Assembly (NCBI GenBank): GCA_038210595.1
Contig: JBBQWN010000005.1
Location: forward strand, 31,862 to 95,861
Length of the DNA stretch: 64,000 nucleotides
Reading direction: 5' to 3'
Source: Sphingomonadales bacterium
GTDB lineage: Bacteria; Pseudomonadota; Alphaproteobacteria; Sphingomonadales; Sphingomonadaceae
Shown here: positions 1 to 9,989 of the stretch, in pieces
How the letters are laid out: each line of letters begins with the position of its first letter
Position numbering within the stretch: the stretch's first letter is position 1
Translations under genes and position numbers: made by a program
The notes under the pieces: model-generated
Told to the model about the DNA's origin: nothing
Seen by the model: only the letters and a program-made list of their open reading frames with translations
Database searches by the model: none

Positions 1-1005
1 CGCCTGGCCGCGCGCTGTCAGATAGGCGAGCGTCGCCGCCAGGGTCGTGCCCGCCACGCAATAGCCGATGGCGTGCGCCTGCTCGGCACCGGTCGCCTCG
101 AGCACCTTGGCGAGGGCCATGATCTGGCCCTCGCCGACATAGGTGTCGAGCGTCGCGTCGGCGAGGCTGGCATCGGCGTTTTTCCAGCTGACGACGAACA
201 CCGTCAGCCCCTGCTCGACGCACCAGCGCACGAAGCTTTTCTCGGCGGTCAGGTCGAGGATGTAGAATTTGTTGATCCACGGCGGGAAGATCAGCAGCGG
301 CGTCGCGTACACTTGCCGAGTCGTCGGCGCATACTGGATCAGCTGGAACAGCCGGTTCTCGAACACCACCTTGCCGGGCGTCACGGCGACGTTGCGGCCG
401 ACCTCGAAGGCGGTTTCGTCGGTCATCCGCATCCGACCGTCCTTGAGGTCATCGAGCAGATGGTCGAGGCCCTTCAGCAGGTTCTCGCCGCCGGTCTCCA
501 GCGTCGCCTTCAGCACCGCAGGGTTGGTCAGGGGGTAGTTGGACGGGCTGAGCGCGTCGACGAACTGGCGGGCGTGGAACAACGCCTTCGCCTTCTCGCG
601 CGGTGCCAGCCCGTCGAGCTCGGCGGTGGTGTCGAGGATGTATTTCGACGCCAGCAGATAGGACTGCCGCATCAGGTCGAACATCGGCAGCTCGGCCCAG
701 GCGGCGTCCTTGAAGCGCTTGTCGCCGACGTCGGGACGGGCGGCGGCGGGATCGATAAACGACTGCCACAACGCCATGCTGTCGGCGACGAACCGGGTCT
801 GCATCGCCATGAACTTCTGGGGATCGGTGGCGGTGATAGCCTTTTGCCAGACTCCGAGCAGGCCGAACGGATCGGGGGCCGCCGGGGCCGCGCCTTCCCG
901 CGTCATGAACTCCAGCATCGTCTGCTGGCCACGGCCGACAAGGTCGCTCCAGCGCTGAAAGCGGTCGAGTGCCGGCAAGGCGGCCGGCTCCTGTACGTCG
1001 GTCAT
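1..1005 (-). CDS. phaC: Class I poly(3-hydroxyalkanoate) synthase, N-terminal ~335 codons (gene continues past the left edge)
   Basis: Hand translation of the reverse strand from the ATG (complement of 1003-1005) gives MTDVQEPAALPALDRFQRW...TPLLIFPPWINKFYILDLTAEKSFVRWCVEQGLTVFVVSWKNAD...AIGYCVAGTTLAATLAYL. PPWINKFYILDL and the GYCxxG lipase-box-like motif are PhaC hallmarks. It is absent from the ORF track because it is open at the window edge. Confidence 0.85.
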   Translation of the reverse strand, partial: MTDVQEPAALPALDRFQRWSDLVGRGQQTMLEFMTREGAAPAAPDPFGLLGVWQKAITATDPQKFMAMQTRFVADSMALWQSFIDPAAARPDVGDKRFKDAAWAELPMFDLMRQSYLLASKYILDTTAELDGLAPREKAKALFHARQFVDALSPSNYPLTNPAVLKATLETGGENLLKGLDHLLDDLKDGRMRMTDETAFEVGRNVAVTPGKVVFENRLFQLIQYAPTTRQVYATPLLIFPPWINKFYILDLTAEKSFVRWCVEQGLTVFVVSWKNADASLADATLDTYVGEGQIMALAKVLEATGAEQAHAIGYCVAGTTLAATLAYLTARGQA

Positions 1006-1129
1006 GGCGTCTCCGTTCCCCGCCGTCCGACCATAGGCCAGTCGATGGTGCTTGGCGACGACGGCGTTTAGCGGCTAGCATCATTCCATCCGGGCAATGA
1101 CGGCCCGGGCGAACCCGGGGAGTTATTCG

Positions 1130-1378
1130 ATGAAGCACCTGATTCTGATCGCCGCCGCGGCGCTGCTGCCGACGGCTGCGCTGGCCCAGGACGCGCCCGC
1201 CGCGCCGCCCGCCGATGCGATGGCCGCCAAGCCGCTGCCCAAGTGCACCGCCAAGATCCAGGACAGCTGCGACCAGAGCAAGACGACCGAGAAGAACGCG
1301 CTCAACTATTATCCGGCCGACAGCCGCGATGCCGGCAACAACAAGATCGCCGGCAAGAAGGCGATGAAGCCGATGTAA
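1130..1378 (+). CDS. Small exported protein, unknown function
   Basis: Internal ATG of ORF 1097-1378, preceded by GGGGAG about 9 nt upstream. MKHLILIAAAALLPTAALAQDAP is a signal peptide. GC3-rich. A hairpin follows at about 1382-1401. Confidence 0.55.
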   Translation: MKHLILIAAAALLPTAALAQDAPAAPPADAMAAKPLPKCTAKIQDSCDQSKTTEKNALNYYPADSRDAGNNKIAGKKAMKPM

Positions 1379-1452
1379 CCAGCCTCGCCTAAACGCGAGG
1401 GCTATGGCAGTGAGGGTGCGGTCCCGTGGAGGGCCGCACCCGGAACTGTGCC

Positions 1453-2670
1453 ATGAACGACGACTTCTACCGCATCCGCCGCCTGCCGCCATATGTGTTC
1501 GCCGAGGTGAACGCGATGAAGGCAGCCGCGCGCGCGCGCGGCGAGGACATCGTCGACCTGGGCATGGGCAACCCCGACAGCCCGCCGCCCGCCCATGTCA
1601 TCGCCAAGCTGGCGGAAGTCGCGGCCAAGCCCGACGCCCACGGCTATTCGGCGTCGAAGGGCATTCCGGGCCTGCGCCGGGCGCAGGCCGCCTATTACGC
1701 CCGCCGCTTCGGCGTCGAGGTCTGCCCCGAGAGCGAGGTCGTGGTGACGCTCGGCTCCAAGGAAGGCCTCGCCAACCTGGCGCAGGCGATCACCGCGCCC
1801 GGCGACGTCATCCTCGCGCCGAACCCGAGCTACCCGATCCACGCCTTCGGCTTCATCATCGCCGGCTGCACGATCCGCTCGATCCCGGCGTCGCCCGGCC
1901 CGGACTTCTTCGAAAAGCTGGAGCGCGCGGTGCGCTATACCGTGCCCAAGCCGACCGTGCTGGTCATGGGCTATCCGTCCAACCCGACCGCAGAGACCGT
2001 CGACCTTGCCTTCTACGAGCAGGTCGTGGCGTTCGCGAAGGCGCACGGCATATGGGTGATCAGCGACCTGGCCTACGCCGAAATCTATTTCGAGGAGGAC
2101 AAGCCGACGCCGTCGATCCTGCAGGTGCCGGGCGCGCGCGACGTCGCGATCGAATTCACCTCGATGTCCAAGACCTATTCGATGGCGGGCTGGCGGATGG
2201 GTTTCGCGGTCGGCAACAAGCAGCTGATCGCGGCGCTGACGCGGGTCAAATCCTACCTCGACTACGGCGCCTTCACGCCGATCCAGGCGGCGGCGGTGGC
2301 GGCGCTCAACGGCCCGCAGGACTGCATCGCGGAGCACCGGGCGCTGTACAAACGCCGCCGCGACGTGCTGATCGAAAGCTTCGGCCGCGCCGGCTGGGAC
2401 ATCCCCGTGCCCCGCGCCAGCATGTTCGCCTGGACCCCGATCCCGCCCGCGCTGGCGCACCTCGGCGCGGTCGAGTTCTCAAAGCAGCTGATCCAGCACG
2501 CCAGCCTGGCGGTCGCGCCCGGCACCGGCTTCGGCGAGGAAGGCGAGGGCTTCGTCCGCATCGCGCTGGTCGAGAACGAGCACCGTATCCGCCAGGCGGC
2601 GCGCGGCGTGAAGCGCTACCTCCAGTCGATGGGTGTCAACAGCGCGGGGCCGGTGCGCGCCGCGGGCTGA
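1453..2670 (+). CDS. Class I/II PLP-dependent aminotransferase (AlaC / aspartate aminotransferase-like)
   Basis: MNDDFYRIRRLPPYVFAEVN... N-terminus is typical of this family. The PLP-lysine motif SMSKTYSMAGWRMGF is present. The start was taken at the ATG giving the conserved N-terminus (track ORF begins at 1426). Confidence 0.9.
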   Translation: MNDDFYRIRRLPPYVFAEVNAMKAAARARGEDIVDLGMGNPDSPPPAHVIAKLAEVAAKPDAHGYSASKGIPGLRRAQAAYYARRFGVEVCPESEVVVTLGSKEGLANLAQAITAPGDVILAPNPSYPIHAFGFIIAGCTIRSIPASPGPDFFEKLERAVRYTVPKPTVLVMGYPSNPTAETVDLAFYEQVVAFAKAHGIWVISDLAYAEIYFEEDKPTPSILQVPGARDVAIEFTSMSKTYSMAGWRMGFAVGNKQLIAALTRVKSYLDYGAFTPIQAAAVAALNGPQDCIAEHRALYKRRRDVLIESFGRAGWDIPVPRASMFAWTPIPPALAHLGAVEFSKQLIQHASLAVAPGTGFGEEGEGFVRIALVENEHRIRQAARGVKRYLQSMGVNSAGPVRAAG

Positions 2671-2671
2671 C

Positions 2672-4072
2672 CTATTTCGCCTCGGCGTATGTCCGGATCA
2701 GCGCGTGGAGATAGTCGCGGCCCTTGTACACCGACGCAACGCGGATGTGCTCATTGAGACCGTGGATGCCGCCGTAGTCGGCCTCGTAGAGTACGCCGGG
2801 AACGCCGTAGGACGGGATGCCGGCGGCGGCGAGGAAGATCGAGTCGCTCGCGCCCGTCGACATCGTCGGGATCAACGGCAGGCCGGGGTACATCTGTTTC
2901 GCCAGCGCCTCCGCCGGTCCGAGCACGGCGGGGTCGAGCGGCGTCGGCCGCGACGGCGGGCCGCGCCGGGCCTTGGCGGTCAGCCGGACCTGCGGATCGC
3001 CGATCACCGCGTTCAAGGTCGCCGCGGTGCCGTCGACGGTCTCGGTCGGAAAGATGCGGCAGTTGATGTTGGCGGTGACCCGCTGCGGCAGCGCGTTCTC
3101 GGCGTGGCCGCCGTTGATCAGCGTCGTCACGCAGGTGGTGCGCAGCGTCGAATTGAGCAGCGGGTCGCGCGCCAGGATCGCCGCCGCCGCGGTGTCGTTC
3201 GGGTTGGCGGCAATGGCGCGGGCGGCGGCGGCATTCGCGGGCGGCATCGTCGCGGCGGCGCGCGTGAAATAGGCTCGCGTCGTGTCGTCCAGCGTCACCG
3301 GAAAGTCGTGCGCCTGCACCTTTTCCACGGCTTGCGCGATGCGCAGGATGGCATTCTCCTTCGGCGGCCGCGACGAGTGGCCGCCCGGGTTGGTCGCCTC
3401 GATCGTGTAGTTCTGCGAAATCTTCTCGCTGACCTGGAGCTGCAGCGCGATCGGCCGGCCGTCGGGCGCGACGCTGCCGCCACCGCCTTCGTTCAACGCG
3501 AACTGCGCGTCGATCAGGTCGCGCTTGTTGGCCGCCAGCCACTCCGCGCCGTTGAACGCGCCGTTGGTTTCCTCGCCGCAGGTCAGCGCCAGCTTGACCG
3601 TCCGGCGCGGGCGCTTCTCGGCCTTCAGCCGGATCATCGTGTCGGTGTAGATCGCCGCCATCGCCTTGTCGTCGGACGCACCGCGGGCATAGAAATAGCC
3701 GTTCTCCTCGACCAGCGTGAACGGGTCGCGGGTCCAGTCCTCGCGCTTCGCCTCGACGACATCGATGTGCGCCAGCAGCAGGATCGCCTTCGCCTTGGCA
3801 TCGCTGCCCGGCAGCACGACGACCAGCCCGCCCTCCTTGGGCTTTTCGGGAATCGCGAACGGCGTCAGCTCGGCATCGGTATAGCCCGCCGCCTTCAGCC
3901 GCGTCGCCAGCTGTGCCGCGGCCTGGGTGCACGATCCCGCCGACAGCGTCGTGTTGGTGTTGACCAGCTCCTCGTACAGCGCGCGGAACTTCGCCTGGTC
4001 GGGCCGTATCGTCTGGGCCGAGGCGGTGCTCGCCAACAGCGTCGCCGCCAGCGTCAAGGTCATCATCTTCAC
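2672..4072 (-). CDS. Exported M20/M25/M40 family metallopeptidase
   Basis: 466-aa ORF with signal peptide MKMMTLTLAATLLASTASAQ. LLLAHIDVV...RGASDDK...CGEE motifs match the M20 metal-binding residues. Confidence 0.85.
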   Translation of the reverse strand: MKMMTLTLAATLLASTASAQTIRPDQAKFRALYEELVNTNTTLSAGSCTQAAAQLATRLKAAGYTDAELTPFAIPEKPKEGGLVVVLPGSDAKAKAILLLAHIDVVEAKREDWTRDPFTLVEENGYFYARGASDDKAMAAIYTDTMIRLKAEKRPRRTVKLALTCGEETNGAFNGAEWLAANKRDLIDAQFALNEGGGGSVAPDGRPIALQLQVSEKISQNYTIEATNPGGHSSRPPKENAILRIAQAVEKVQAHDFPVTLDDTTRAYFTRAAATMPPANAAAARAIAANPNDTAAAAILARDPLLNSTLRTTCVTTLINGGHAENALPQRVTANINCRIFPTETVDGTAATLNAVIGDPQVRLTAKARRGPPSRPTPLDPAVLGPAEALAKQMYPGLPLIPTMSTGASDSIFLAAAGIPSYGVPGVLYEADYGGIHGLNEHIRVASVYKGRDYLHALIRTYAEAK

Positions 4073-4156
4073 GCGCCGTCCCCCGTAACCAGTGACGCAT
4101 TCGCGCCGTTGCCGTCAGTAAGCGGCAGTGCGTCGCCGATAACAAGCCCTTGGGCG

Positions 4157-4186
4157 TTGACTTGGGAGCCACCTCGCCCACATAAG
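4157..4186 (+). promoter_or_regulatory. Candidate sigma70-type promoter for the suf operon (TTGACT-N18-CATAAG)
   Basis: Read directly in the 146-bp divergent gap between the M20 gene and the Rrf2 gene. Pattern match only. Confidence 0.25.
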
Positions 4187-4218
4187 CCGGACGAAATCGC
4201 TCCGCTTTAGGAACCCGC

Positions 4219-4644
4219 TTGATCCGTCTCAGCAACCTTGCCGACTATGCGGTCGTGGTGATGACCGCGGCGGCAAAGTGCGACGACCCGCGCCTGTCCG
4301 CCGCCGCCGTCGCCGCGCACACCGGCATCCCCGCGCCGACGGTCGCCAAGCTGATGGGCACGCTCGCCAAACAGGGCCTGCTGGTCTCGACCCGCGGCGT
4401 GGCGGGCGGTTTTCATCTGGCACGCGCCGCCAGCGCGATCAGCATTGCCGCGATCGTCGAGGCGGTCGACGGGCCGATCGCGTTGACCGCGTGTCAGGAG
4501 GGCGAGGTCTCGTCCTGCGCACTGACCGGCAGCTGCGCGGTCAAGCCGCACTGGGCCCCGATCAACGGCGCGGTACGCAGCGCGCTGCTGGCGGTCAGCC
4601 TCGCCGACCTGCTCCAGCCCGTCCGCAATAAGGTGCCGGCATGA
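4219..4644 (+). CDS. Rrf2-family transcriptional regulator, first gene of the suf operon (TTG start)
   Basis: [15 protein letters not shown]... is an Rrf2 wHTH N-terminus. A C-terminal Cys cluster ([15 protein letters not shown]) is compatible with Fe-S sensing. ATGA overlap with sufB. Confidence 0.85.
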   Translation: MIRLSNLADYAVVVMTAAAKCDDPRLSAAAVAAHTGIPAPTVAKLMGTLAKQGLLVSTRGVAGGFHLARAASAISIAAIVEAVDGPIALTACQEGEVSSCALTGSCAVKPHWAPINGAVRSALLAVSLADLLQPVRNKVPA

Positions 4645-6122
4645 CTGACGACGTTTTGGTTCGTGACGCCGCGGCAATCGCCGCGGTCGATGATCTTGCC
4701 ACCTATAAATGGGGTTTCGTCTCCGACATCGAATCCGAGATGGCCCCCAAGGGCCTGAACGAGGACACGGTGCGCTACATCAGCGCCAAGAAGGACGAGC
4801 CGCAGTGGCTGCTCGACTGGCGGCTGAAGGCGTACCGCCTGTGGCTGACGATGGACGCGCCCGACTGGGCCAAGGTCGACATCGCGCCGATCGACTATCA
4901 GGACATGTATTTCTACGCCGCGCCCAAGGCCAAGCCGACGCTCGCTTCGCTGGACGAGCTCGACCCCGAGATCCGCCGCACCTATGAAAAGCTCGGCATC
5001 CCGATCGAGGAGCAGAAGATGCTGGCGGGCGTCGAGGGCAGCCGCCGCGTCGCGGTCGACGCGGTGTTCGACAGCGTCTCGGTCGCCACCACTTTCCGCG
5101 CCGAGCTGGAGCGCGCCGGCGTCATCTTCCGTTCGATCAGCGAGGCGGTGAAGGAATACCCGGACCTCGTGAAGAAGTGGCTGGGCAGCGTCGTGCCGCA
5201 GCGCGACAACTACTTCGCCTGCCTCAACTCGGCGGTCTTTTCCGACGGCACCTTCGTCTACATTCCCGAAGGCGTCCGCTGCCCGATGGAGCTGTCGACC
5301 TATTTCCGCATCAATGCCCAGAACACCGGGCAGTTCGAGCGCACGCTGATCGTCGCCGACAAGGGCAGCCACGTTTCGTATCTCGAAGGCTGCACCGCCC
5401 CGATGCGCGACGAGAACCAGCTGCACGCGGCCGTCGTCGAACTGGTCGCGCTCGACGATGCCGAGATCAAGTACTCGACCGTGCAGAACTGGTATCCGGG
5501 CGATGCCAACGGCGTCGGCGGCATCTACAACTTCGTCACCAAGCGGGCGAACTGCCTCGGCAAGCGCAGCAAGGTCAGCTGGACGCAGGTCGAGACGGGC
5601 AGCGCGATCACCTGGAAATACCCGTCCTGCGTGCTGTCGGGGGAGGATTCGGTCGGCGAATTCTACTCGGTCGCGGTCACCAACAACCGCCAGCAGGCCG
5701 ACACGGGCACCAAGATGATCCACTTGGGGCGCGGCAGCCGCTCGACCATCGTGTCGAAGGGCATCAGCGCCGGCCGATCGAACAACACCTATCGCGGGCT
5801 GGTGAAAGTCGCCGCGACGGCCGAGGGCGTCCGCAACTTCACCCAGTGCGACTCGCTGCTGCTCGGCTCCGAGTGCGGCGCGCACACCGTGCCGTACATC
5901 GAGGTCCGCAACCCGAGCGCCCAGATCGAGCACGAGGCGACCACCTCCAAGATCAGCGACGACCAGATGTTCTACGCCCAGTCCCGCGGCCTCGACGCCG
6001 AGGAGTCGGTCGCGCTCATCGTCAACGGCTTCTGCCGCGAGGTGCTGAAGCAGCTGCCGATGGAGTTTGCGGTCGAGGCGCAGAAGCTGCTCGGAATCTC
6101 GCTCGAGGGCAGCGTCGGGTGA
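4641..6122 (+). CDS. sufB: Fe-S cluster assembly scaffold protein SufB
   Basis: 493 aa. Strongly conserved SufB sequence ([34 protein letters not shown]..., [21 protein letters not shown]). Confidence 0.97.
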   Translation: MTDDVLVRDAAAIAAVDDLATYKWGFVSDIESEMAPKGLNEDTVRYISAKKDEPQWLLDWRLKAYRLWLTMDAPDWAKVDIAPIDYQDMYFYAAPKAKPTLASLDELDPEIRRTYEKLGIPIEEQKMLAGVEGSRRVAVDAVFDSVSVATTFRAELERAGVIFRSISEAVKEYPDLVKKWLGSVVPQRDNYFACLNSAVFSDGTFVYIPEGVRCPMELSTYFRINAQNTGQFERTLIVADKGSHVSYLEGCTAPMRDENQLHAAVVELVALDDAEIKYSTVQNWYPGDANGVGGIYNFVTKRANCLGKRSKVSWTQVETGSAITWKYPSCVLSGEDSVGEFYSVAVTNNRQQADTGTKMIHLGRGSRSTIVSKGISAGRSNNTYRGLVKVAATAEGVRNFTQCDSLLLGSECGAHTVPYIEVRNPSAQIEHEATTSKISDDQMFYAQSRGLDAEESVALIVNGFCREVLKQLPMEFAVEAQKLLGISLEGSVG

Positions 6123-6517
6123 TGTTTCGTGCCGCTCTACTGCTGGCCGCGTTCGGATTGGCGGCGTGCGACAAGCCGGCATCGCGCGAAAGCGGCAACC
6201 CCGCCATCGACCGCGCCCAGGCGGCCGCGGACGCGGCGTCGACCGCCTATGCCTCGTGCGTCGACAAAGCCGCGAAGGCGATCGACGTCAGCCTCGACCA
6301 GCCGCCGGCACTTGCCGACAAGGCTATGAAGTCGTGCATCGCCGAGCGCGGTGTCGCCGTCACCAAGGTGCATGCGGCCGAGATGGCGCGCGGCGGCGAC
6401 GAGATGATCGCGATGGAGATCGCCGAGCGCTCGGTACGCGTCGCCGATGGCGAACTCCGCGACCGCGCCAACGCGACCATCGTCACCCGCAAATATTCCG
6501 ACAAGAAGGCCTCGTAA
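6122..6517 (+). CDS. Small lipoprotein of unknown function inserted between sufB and sufC
   Basis: The last 132 codons of track ORF 5177-6517. The ATG overlaps the sufB stop (TGATG). [16 protein letters not shown] has a lipobox. GC3-rich codons. The upstream part of the track ORF is out of frame inside sufB. Confidence 0.6.
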   Translation: MFRAALLLAAFGLAACDKPASRESGNPAIDRAQAAADAASTAYASCVDKAAKAIDVSLDQPPALADKAMKSCIAERGVAVTKVHAAEMARGGDEMIAMEIAERSVRVADGELRDRANATIVTRKYSDKKAS

Positions 6518-6518
6518 G

Positions 6519-7259
6519 TTGCTCCAGATTAACGACCTCCACGCCACCGTCGGCGGCAAGACCATTCTCAACGGCCTGACGTTGACCGTGAACGCCGGCG
6601 AGGTGCACGCGATCATGGGGCCGAACGGCGCGGGCAAGTCGACGCTTTCGTACGTGCTCGCGGGCCGCGCCGGCTACGAAGTGACCGGCGGCAGCGTCAC
6701 CTTCGACGGGCACGACCTGCTGGCGCTTGCCCCGCACCAGCGCGCCGCCGCCGGCCTGTTCCTCGGGCTGCAATATCCGGTCGAGATCCCCGGCGTGTCG
6801 AACCTCGCCTTCCTGCGCACCGCCCTCAATGCCCAGCGCAAGCAGCGTGGCGAAGCCGAAGCCTCGGGCGCCGAGTTCATGAAGCTGGTCAAGGTCGAGG
6901 CCGAGGGCTTCGGGCTGTCGATGGACATGCTCAAGCGCCCGGTGAACGTCGGCTTCTCGGGCGGCGAGAAAAAGCGCAACGAGATGGTCCAGATGGCGGT
7001 CCTCGCGCCGAAACTGGCGGTGCTCGACGAAACCGACTCCGGCCTCGACATCGACGCGCTGCGCGTCGTCAGCGACGGCATCAACCGCCTGCGCTCGCCG
7101 GAGCGCGCGACGCTGCTGATCACCCACTACCAGCGCCTGCTCGACTATGTCGTGCCCGACCGCGTCCATGTCCTTGTGGCGGGGCGCATCGAGCGCAGCG
7201 GCGGGCCCGAGCTCGCGCACGAACTCGAGCGCGAGGGCTATGTGAGGCAGGCAGCGTGA
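6519..7259 (+). CDS. sufC: Fe-S cluster assembly ATPase SufC (TTG start)
   Basis: LLQINDLHATVGGKTILNGLTLTVNAGEVHAIMGPNGAGKSTL contains Walker A. LSGGEKKRNE-type signature and Walker B LAVLDETDSGLD are present. The start was set to TTG at 6519, just after the lipoprotein stop. The track ORF's extra N-terminus overlaps that gene. Confidence 0.93.
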   Translation: MLQINDLHATVGGKTILNGLTLTVNAGEVHAIMGPNGAGKSTLSYVLAGRAGYEVTGGSVTFDGHDLLALAPHQRAAAGLFLGLQYPVEIPGVSNLAFLRTALNAQRKQRGEAEASGAEFMKLVKVEAEGFGLSMDMLKRPVNVGFSGGEKKRNEMVQMAVLAPKLAVLDETDSGLDIDALRVVSDGINRLRSPERATLLITHYQRLLDYVVPDRVHVLVAGRIERSGGPELAHELEREGYVRQAA

Positions 7260-8341
7260 GCGCCTACCCGACCCGCAAGATCGAGGACTGGCGCTGGAGC
7301 GACCTCAGCGGGCTCGACGCGCTGGCGGCGGGACACGCGAACGACGCGCTGCCCGACCTGTCGCGCTACTGGATCGACCTCGACGGCCCGCGGCTGGTGT
7401 TCGCCGACGGGCGCTTCGTCGAGGCGCTGAGCGACCGGCGCGGCCTTACCGTCACAGCGGTGCGCAGCGCGCCCGGTCACCCGCTCGGCGATGTCGCGGC
7501 GGCGAAAGCGACCACCGGCCTGTGGCTGACCCGGACCGCGAACACACCCGCCATCGGCCCGATCCAGATCGTCCATGTCGCCAGCGGCGGTGCTTCGCAC
7601 CTGTCGAGCCGGATCGAGCTGGCGCGCGATGCCCATGCCGAAATCGTCGAGACCCACGTCGGCGCGGGATGGAGCAACGTCACGGCCACCGTCGCGCTGG
7701 CCGAGGGCGCGCGTCTGATGCGGACCATCCGCGTGCTCAAGACCGGCGGCGCGCACACCGACTTCACGCTGGCGACGGTCGCGCAGGCTGCCAGCTACAC
7801 ATCCGCCGCGCTGGTGACGGGCGCCGATAGCGCCCGTCTCGAGGCCCGCATCAAGCTGGACGGCACCGGCGCGTTCGCGGAGGCCGACGGTGTCATGCTG
7901 TCGCGCGGCGAGCAGAACCTCGACAGCTTCACGCGGGTCCAGCACGCCGCGCCCGGCGGCAGCAGCCGGCAGGTCTGGCGCTCGGTCGCCGACGACCGGT
8001 CGACCGCGTCCGTTGCCGGCCGCGTCGAGGTCGCGCGCGACGCGCAGAAGACCGACGCCGAGCAGTCGGTGAAGGCGCTGCTGCTCGCCCGCACCGCGAC
8101 CGCCAACGCCAAGCCGGAGCTGGAAATCTTCGCCGACGACGTGAAGTGCGCGCACGGCGCGACGGTCGGCGAGCTGAACCGCGACGCGCTGTTCTACCTG
8201 CAGAGCCGCGGCGTCGATCCGGCGGCGGCGAAGGCACTCCTCACCCGCGCCTTTATCGCCGACGCGCTCGACCGCATCGGCGACGAGACGGTGCGCGAAG
8301 CGGTGACGGCAGACGCGATTGCGTGGCTGGAGGCCAAGTGA
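7256..8341 (+). CDS. sufD: Fe-S cluster assembly protein SufD
   Basis: 361 aa. GTGA overlap with sufC. The conserved C-terminal SufB/D domain is present (AKPELEIFADDVKCAHGATVGELNRDALFYLQSRG). Confidence 0.9.
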   Translation: MSAYPTRKIEDWRWSDLSGLDALAAGHANDALPDLSRYWIDLDGPRLVFADGRFVEALSDRRGLTVTAVRSAPGHPLGDVAAAKATTGLWLTRTANTPAIGPIQIVHVASGGASHLSSRIELARDAHAEIVETHVGAGWSNVTATVALAEGARLMRTIRVLKTGGAHTDFTLATVAQAASYTSAALVTGADSARLEARIKLDGTGAFAEADGVMLSRGEQNLDSFTRVQHAAPGGSSRQVWRSVADDRSTASVAGRVEVARDAQKTDAEQSVKALLLARTATANAKPELEIFADDVKCAHGATVGELNRDALFYLQSRGVDPAAAKALLTRAFIADALDRIGDETVREAVTADAIAWLEAK

Positions 8342-9549
8342 ACGCCCCCGCCCACCCCTTCGTCCGCGACCACCGCGCCGACTTCCCCGGCCTCGCCGAC
8401 GGCTGGGCGTACCTCGATTCCGCCGCCACCGCGCAGAAGCCGCAGGCGGTGATCGACGCCATCGCCAGGGGCTATGGCCCCGACTACGCAACCGTCCACC
8501 GCGGCGTCTATGCACGCTCCGCGACGATGACCGAGCGGTTCGAGGCGGCGCGGCAGACCGTCGCGACCTTTATCAACGCCGCGTCGCCGTCCGAAGTCGT
8601 GTTCGTCCGCGGCGCGACCGAGGCGATCAACCTGGTCGCCCAGTCGTGGGGGAACGCCCTGAGGCCCGGCGACCGCATCCTGATCTCCGCGCTGGAGCAC
8701 CACAGCAACATCGTGCCGTGGCAGCTGCTGCGCGACCGCTTAGGGCTCGAGATCGACGTCGCGCCTCTGACCGCCGACCAACGCATCGACGAAGACGCTC
8801 TGATCGCGATGCTGACCCCGCGCACGAAGCTGGTCGCCATCGCGCACGTCTCGAATGTACTCGGCAGCATCGCCGACATCGGCCGCATTGCCGAGGCGGC
8901 GCACCGTGTCGGCGCGCTGCTGCTGATCGACGGCTGCCAGGCGGCCCCCCGCCTTAAGGTTGACGTGCAGGCCAGAGGTGCCGACTTCTACGTCTTCTCC
9001 GCCCACAAGCTCTACGGCCCGACCGGTATCGGCGTGCTGTGGGCGCGCGCCGACATTCTCGACGCGATGCCGCCGTGGCAGGGCGGCGGCGCGATGATCG
9101 AGACGGTGACCTTCGAACGCACCACCTACGCGCCTGCACCGCAGCGCTTCGAGGCGGGCACCCCGCACATCGTCGGCGCGATCGGGCTTGCGGCAGCCAT
9201 CGACTATGTGAACGAGATCGGCCTCGACGTCATCGACGCGCACGAGCGCGGGCTGGCGACGCTCGCCCGCGACGGCCTGCGCCGGATCAATTCGGTTCGC
9301 CTGTTCGGCCCCGAGGAGTCCGCCGGCATCGTCAGCTTCGCGTTGGACGGGGTGCATCCGCACGACATCGGCACTATCTTGGACGAGGGCGGCGTCGCCA
9401 TCCGCGCCGGCCACCATTGCGCGCAGCCGCTGATGGGGTTGCTCGGCGTTCCGGCGACGGCGCGGGCGAGCTTCGCGGTGTACAACGGCGCGGACGATGT
9501 CGAGCGGCTGCTCGACGGCATGAAGCGGGTGCAGAGGATTTTTGGATGA
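8338..9549 (+). CDS. sufS: Cysteine desulfurase SufS (class V aminotransferase)
   Basis: GTG at 8338 overlaps the sufD stop (GTGA). VNAPAHPFVRDHRADFPGL...YLDSAATAQKP...FSAHKLYGPTGIGVLW (PLP Lys)...RAGHHCAQP (catalytic Cys). Confidence 0.95.
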   Translation: MNAPAHPFVRDHRADFPGLADGWAYLDSAATAQKPQAVIDAIARGYGPDYATVHRGVYARSATMTERFEAARQTVATFINAASPSEVVFVRGATEAINLVAQSWGNALRPGDRILISALEHHSNIVPWQLLRDRLGLEIDVAPLTADQRIDEDALIAMLTPRTKLVAIAHVSNVLGSIADIGRIAEAAHRVGALLLIDGCQAAPRLKVDVQARGADFYVFSAHKLYGPTGIGVLWARADILDAMPPWQGGGAMIETVTFERTTYAPAPQRFEAGTPHIVGAIGLAAAIDYVNEIGLDVIDAHERGLATLARDGLRRINSVRLFGPEESAGIVSFALDGVHPHDIGTILDEGGVAIRAGHHCAQPLMGLLGVPATARASFAVYNGADDVERLLDGMKRVQRIFG

Positions 9550-9989
9550 ACGAGCGAACGTTCACGGTGGAAGAGGTCGCAGCGGCGCCCGAGGTGGCGA
9601 AGGCCCCGCCGGTCGGCTCTGATCGCCAGCCCGACTACCTTGAGGGCTTCCTGAGCGCCAAGCCCGCCCCCGCGGGCGACGCCCCCGGCGGCGAGCTCTA
9701 CGAGTCCGTCATCGAGGCGATCCGCTCGATCTTCGACCCCGAAATCCCGGTCAACATCTACGATCTCGGCCTGATCTACGGCGTCGACATCGACGAGGGC
9801 CATGCCGTCGTCACCATGACCTTGACCACCCCGCACTGCCCGGTCGCCGAGACCATGCCGGGCGAGGTCGAGATGCGCGTCATGAGCGTCCCCGGCATCG
9901 CCACGGCGGAAGTCAATCTGGTGTGGGACCCGGCATGGGATCCGGGCAAGATGTCGGACGAAGCCAAGCTTGAAATGGGGATGCTGTAG
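9546..9989 (+). CDS. sufT: DUF59/SufT-type Fe-S assembly protein
   Basis: ATGA overlap with sufS. IYDLGLIYGVDIDEGHAVVTMTLTTPHCPVAE is the MIP18/DUF59 core. Confidence 0.85.
   Translation: MNERTFTVEEVAAAPEVAKAPPVGSDRQPDYLEGFLSAKPAPAGDAPGGELYESVIEAIRSIFDPEIPVNIYDLGLIYGVDIDEGHAVVTMTLTTPHCPVAETMPGEVEMRVMSVPGIATAEVNLVWDPAWDPGKMSDEAKLEMGML

Noticed and set aside
73-1492. Track ORFs 73-1071 (+, 332 aa) and 449-1492 (-, 347 aa)
   Set aside because: They are Arg/Gly/Asp/Pro-rich shadow frames overlapping the clearly recognisable phaC frame (minus strand, ATG at 1005). They have no family resemblance and show wrong-frame GC periodicity.
2633-4235. ORFs 2633-4210 (+, 525 aa) and 2751-4235 (-, 494 aa)
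   Set aside because: They are antisense or offset to the M20 peptidase gene. The products are low-complexity and R/A/G/D-rich, typical of high-GC artefacts.
4494-6182. 562-aa ORF antisense to sufB, and the 5177-6517 (+) 446-aa ORF
   Set aside because: sufB is unambiguous in another frame. Only the last 132 codons of 5177-6517 (after the sufB stop) look like a real gene, the lipoprotein.
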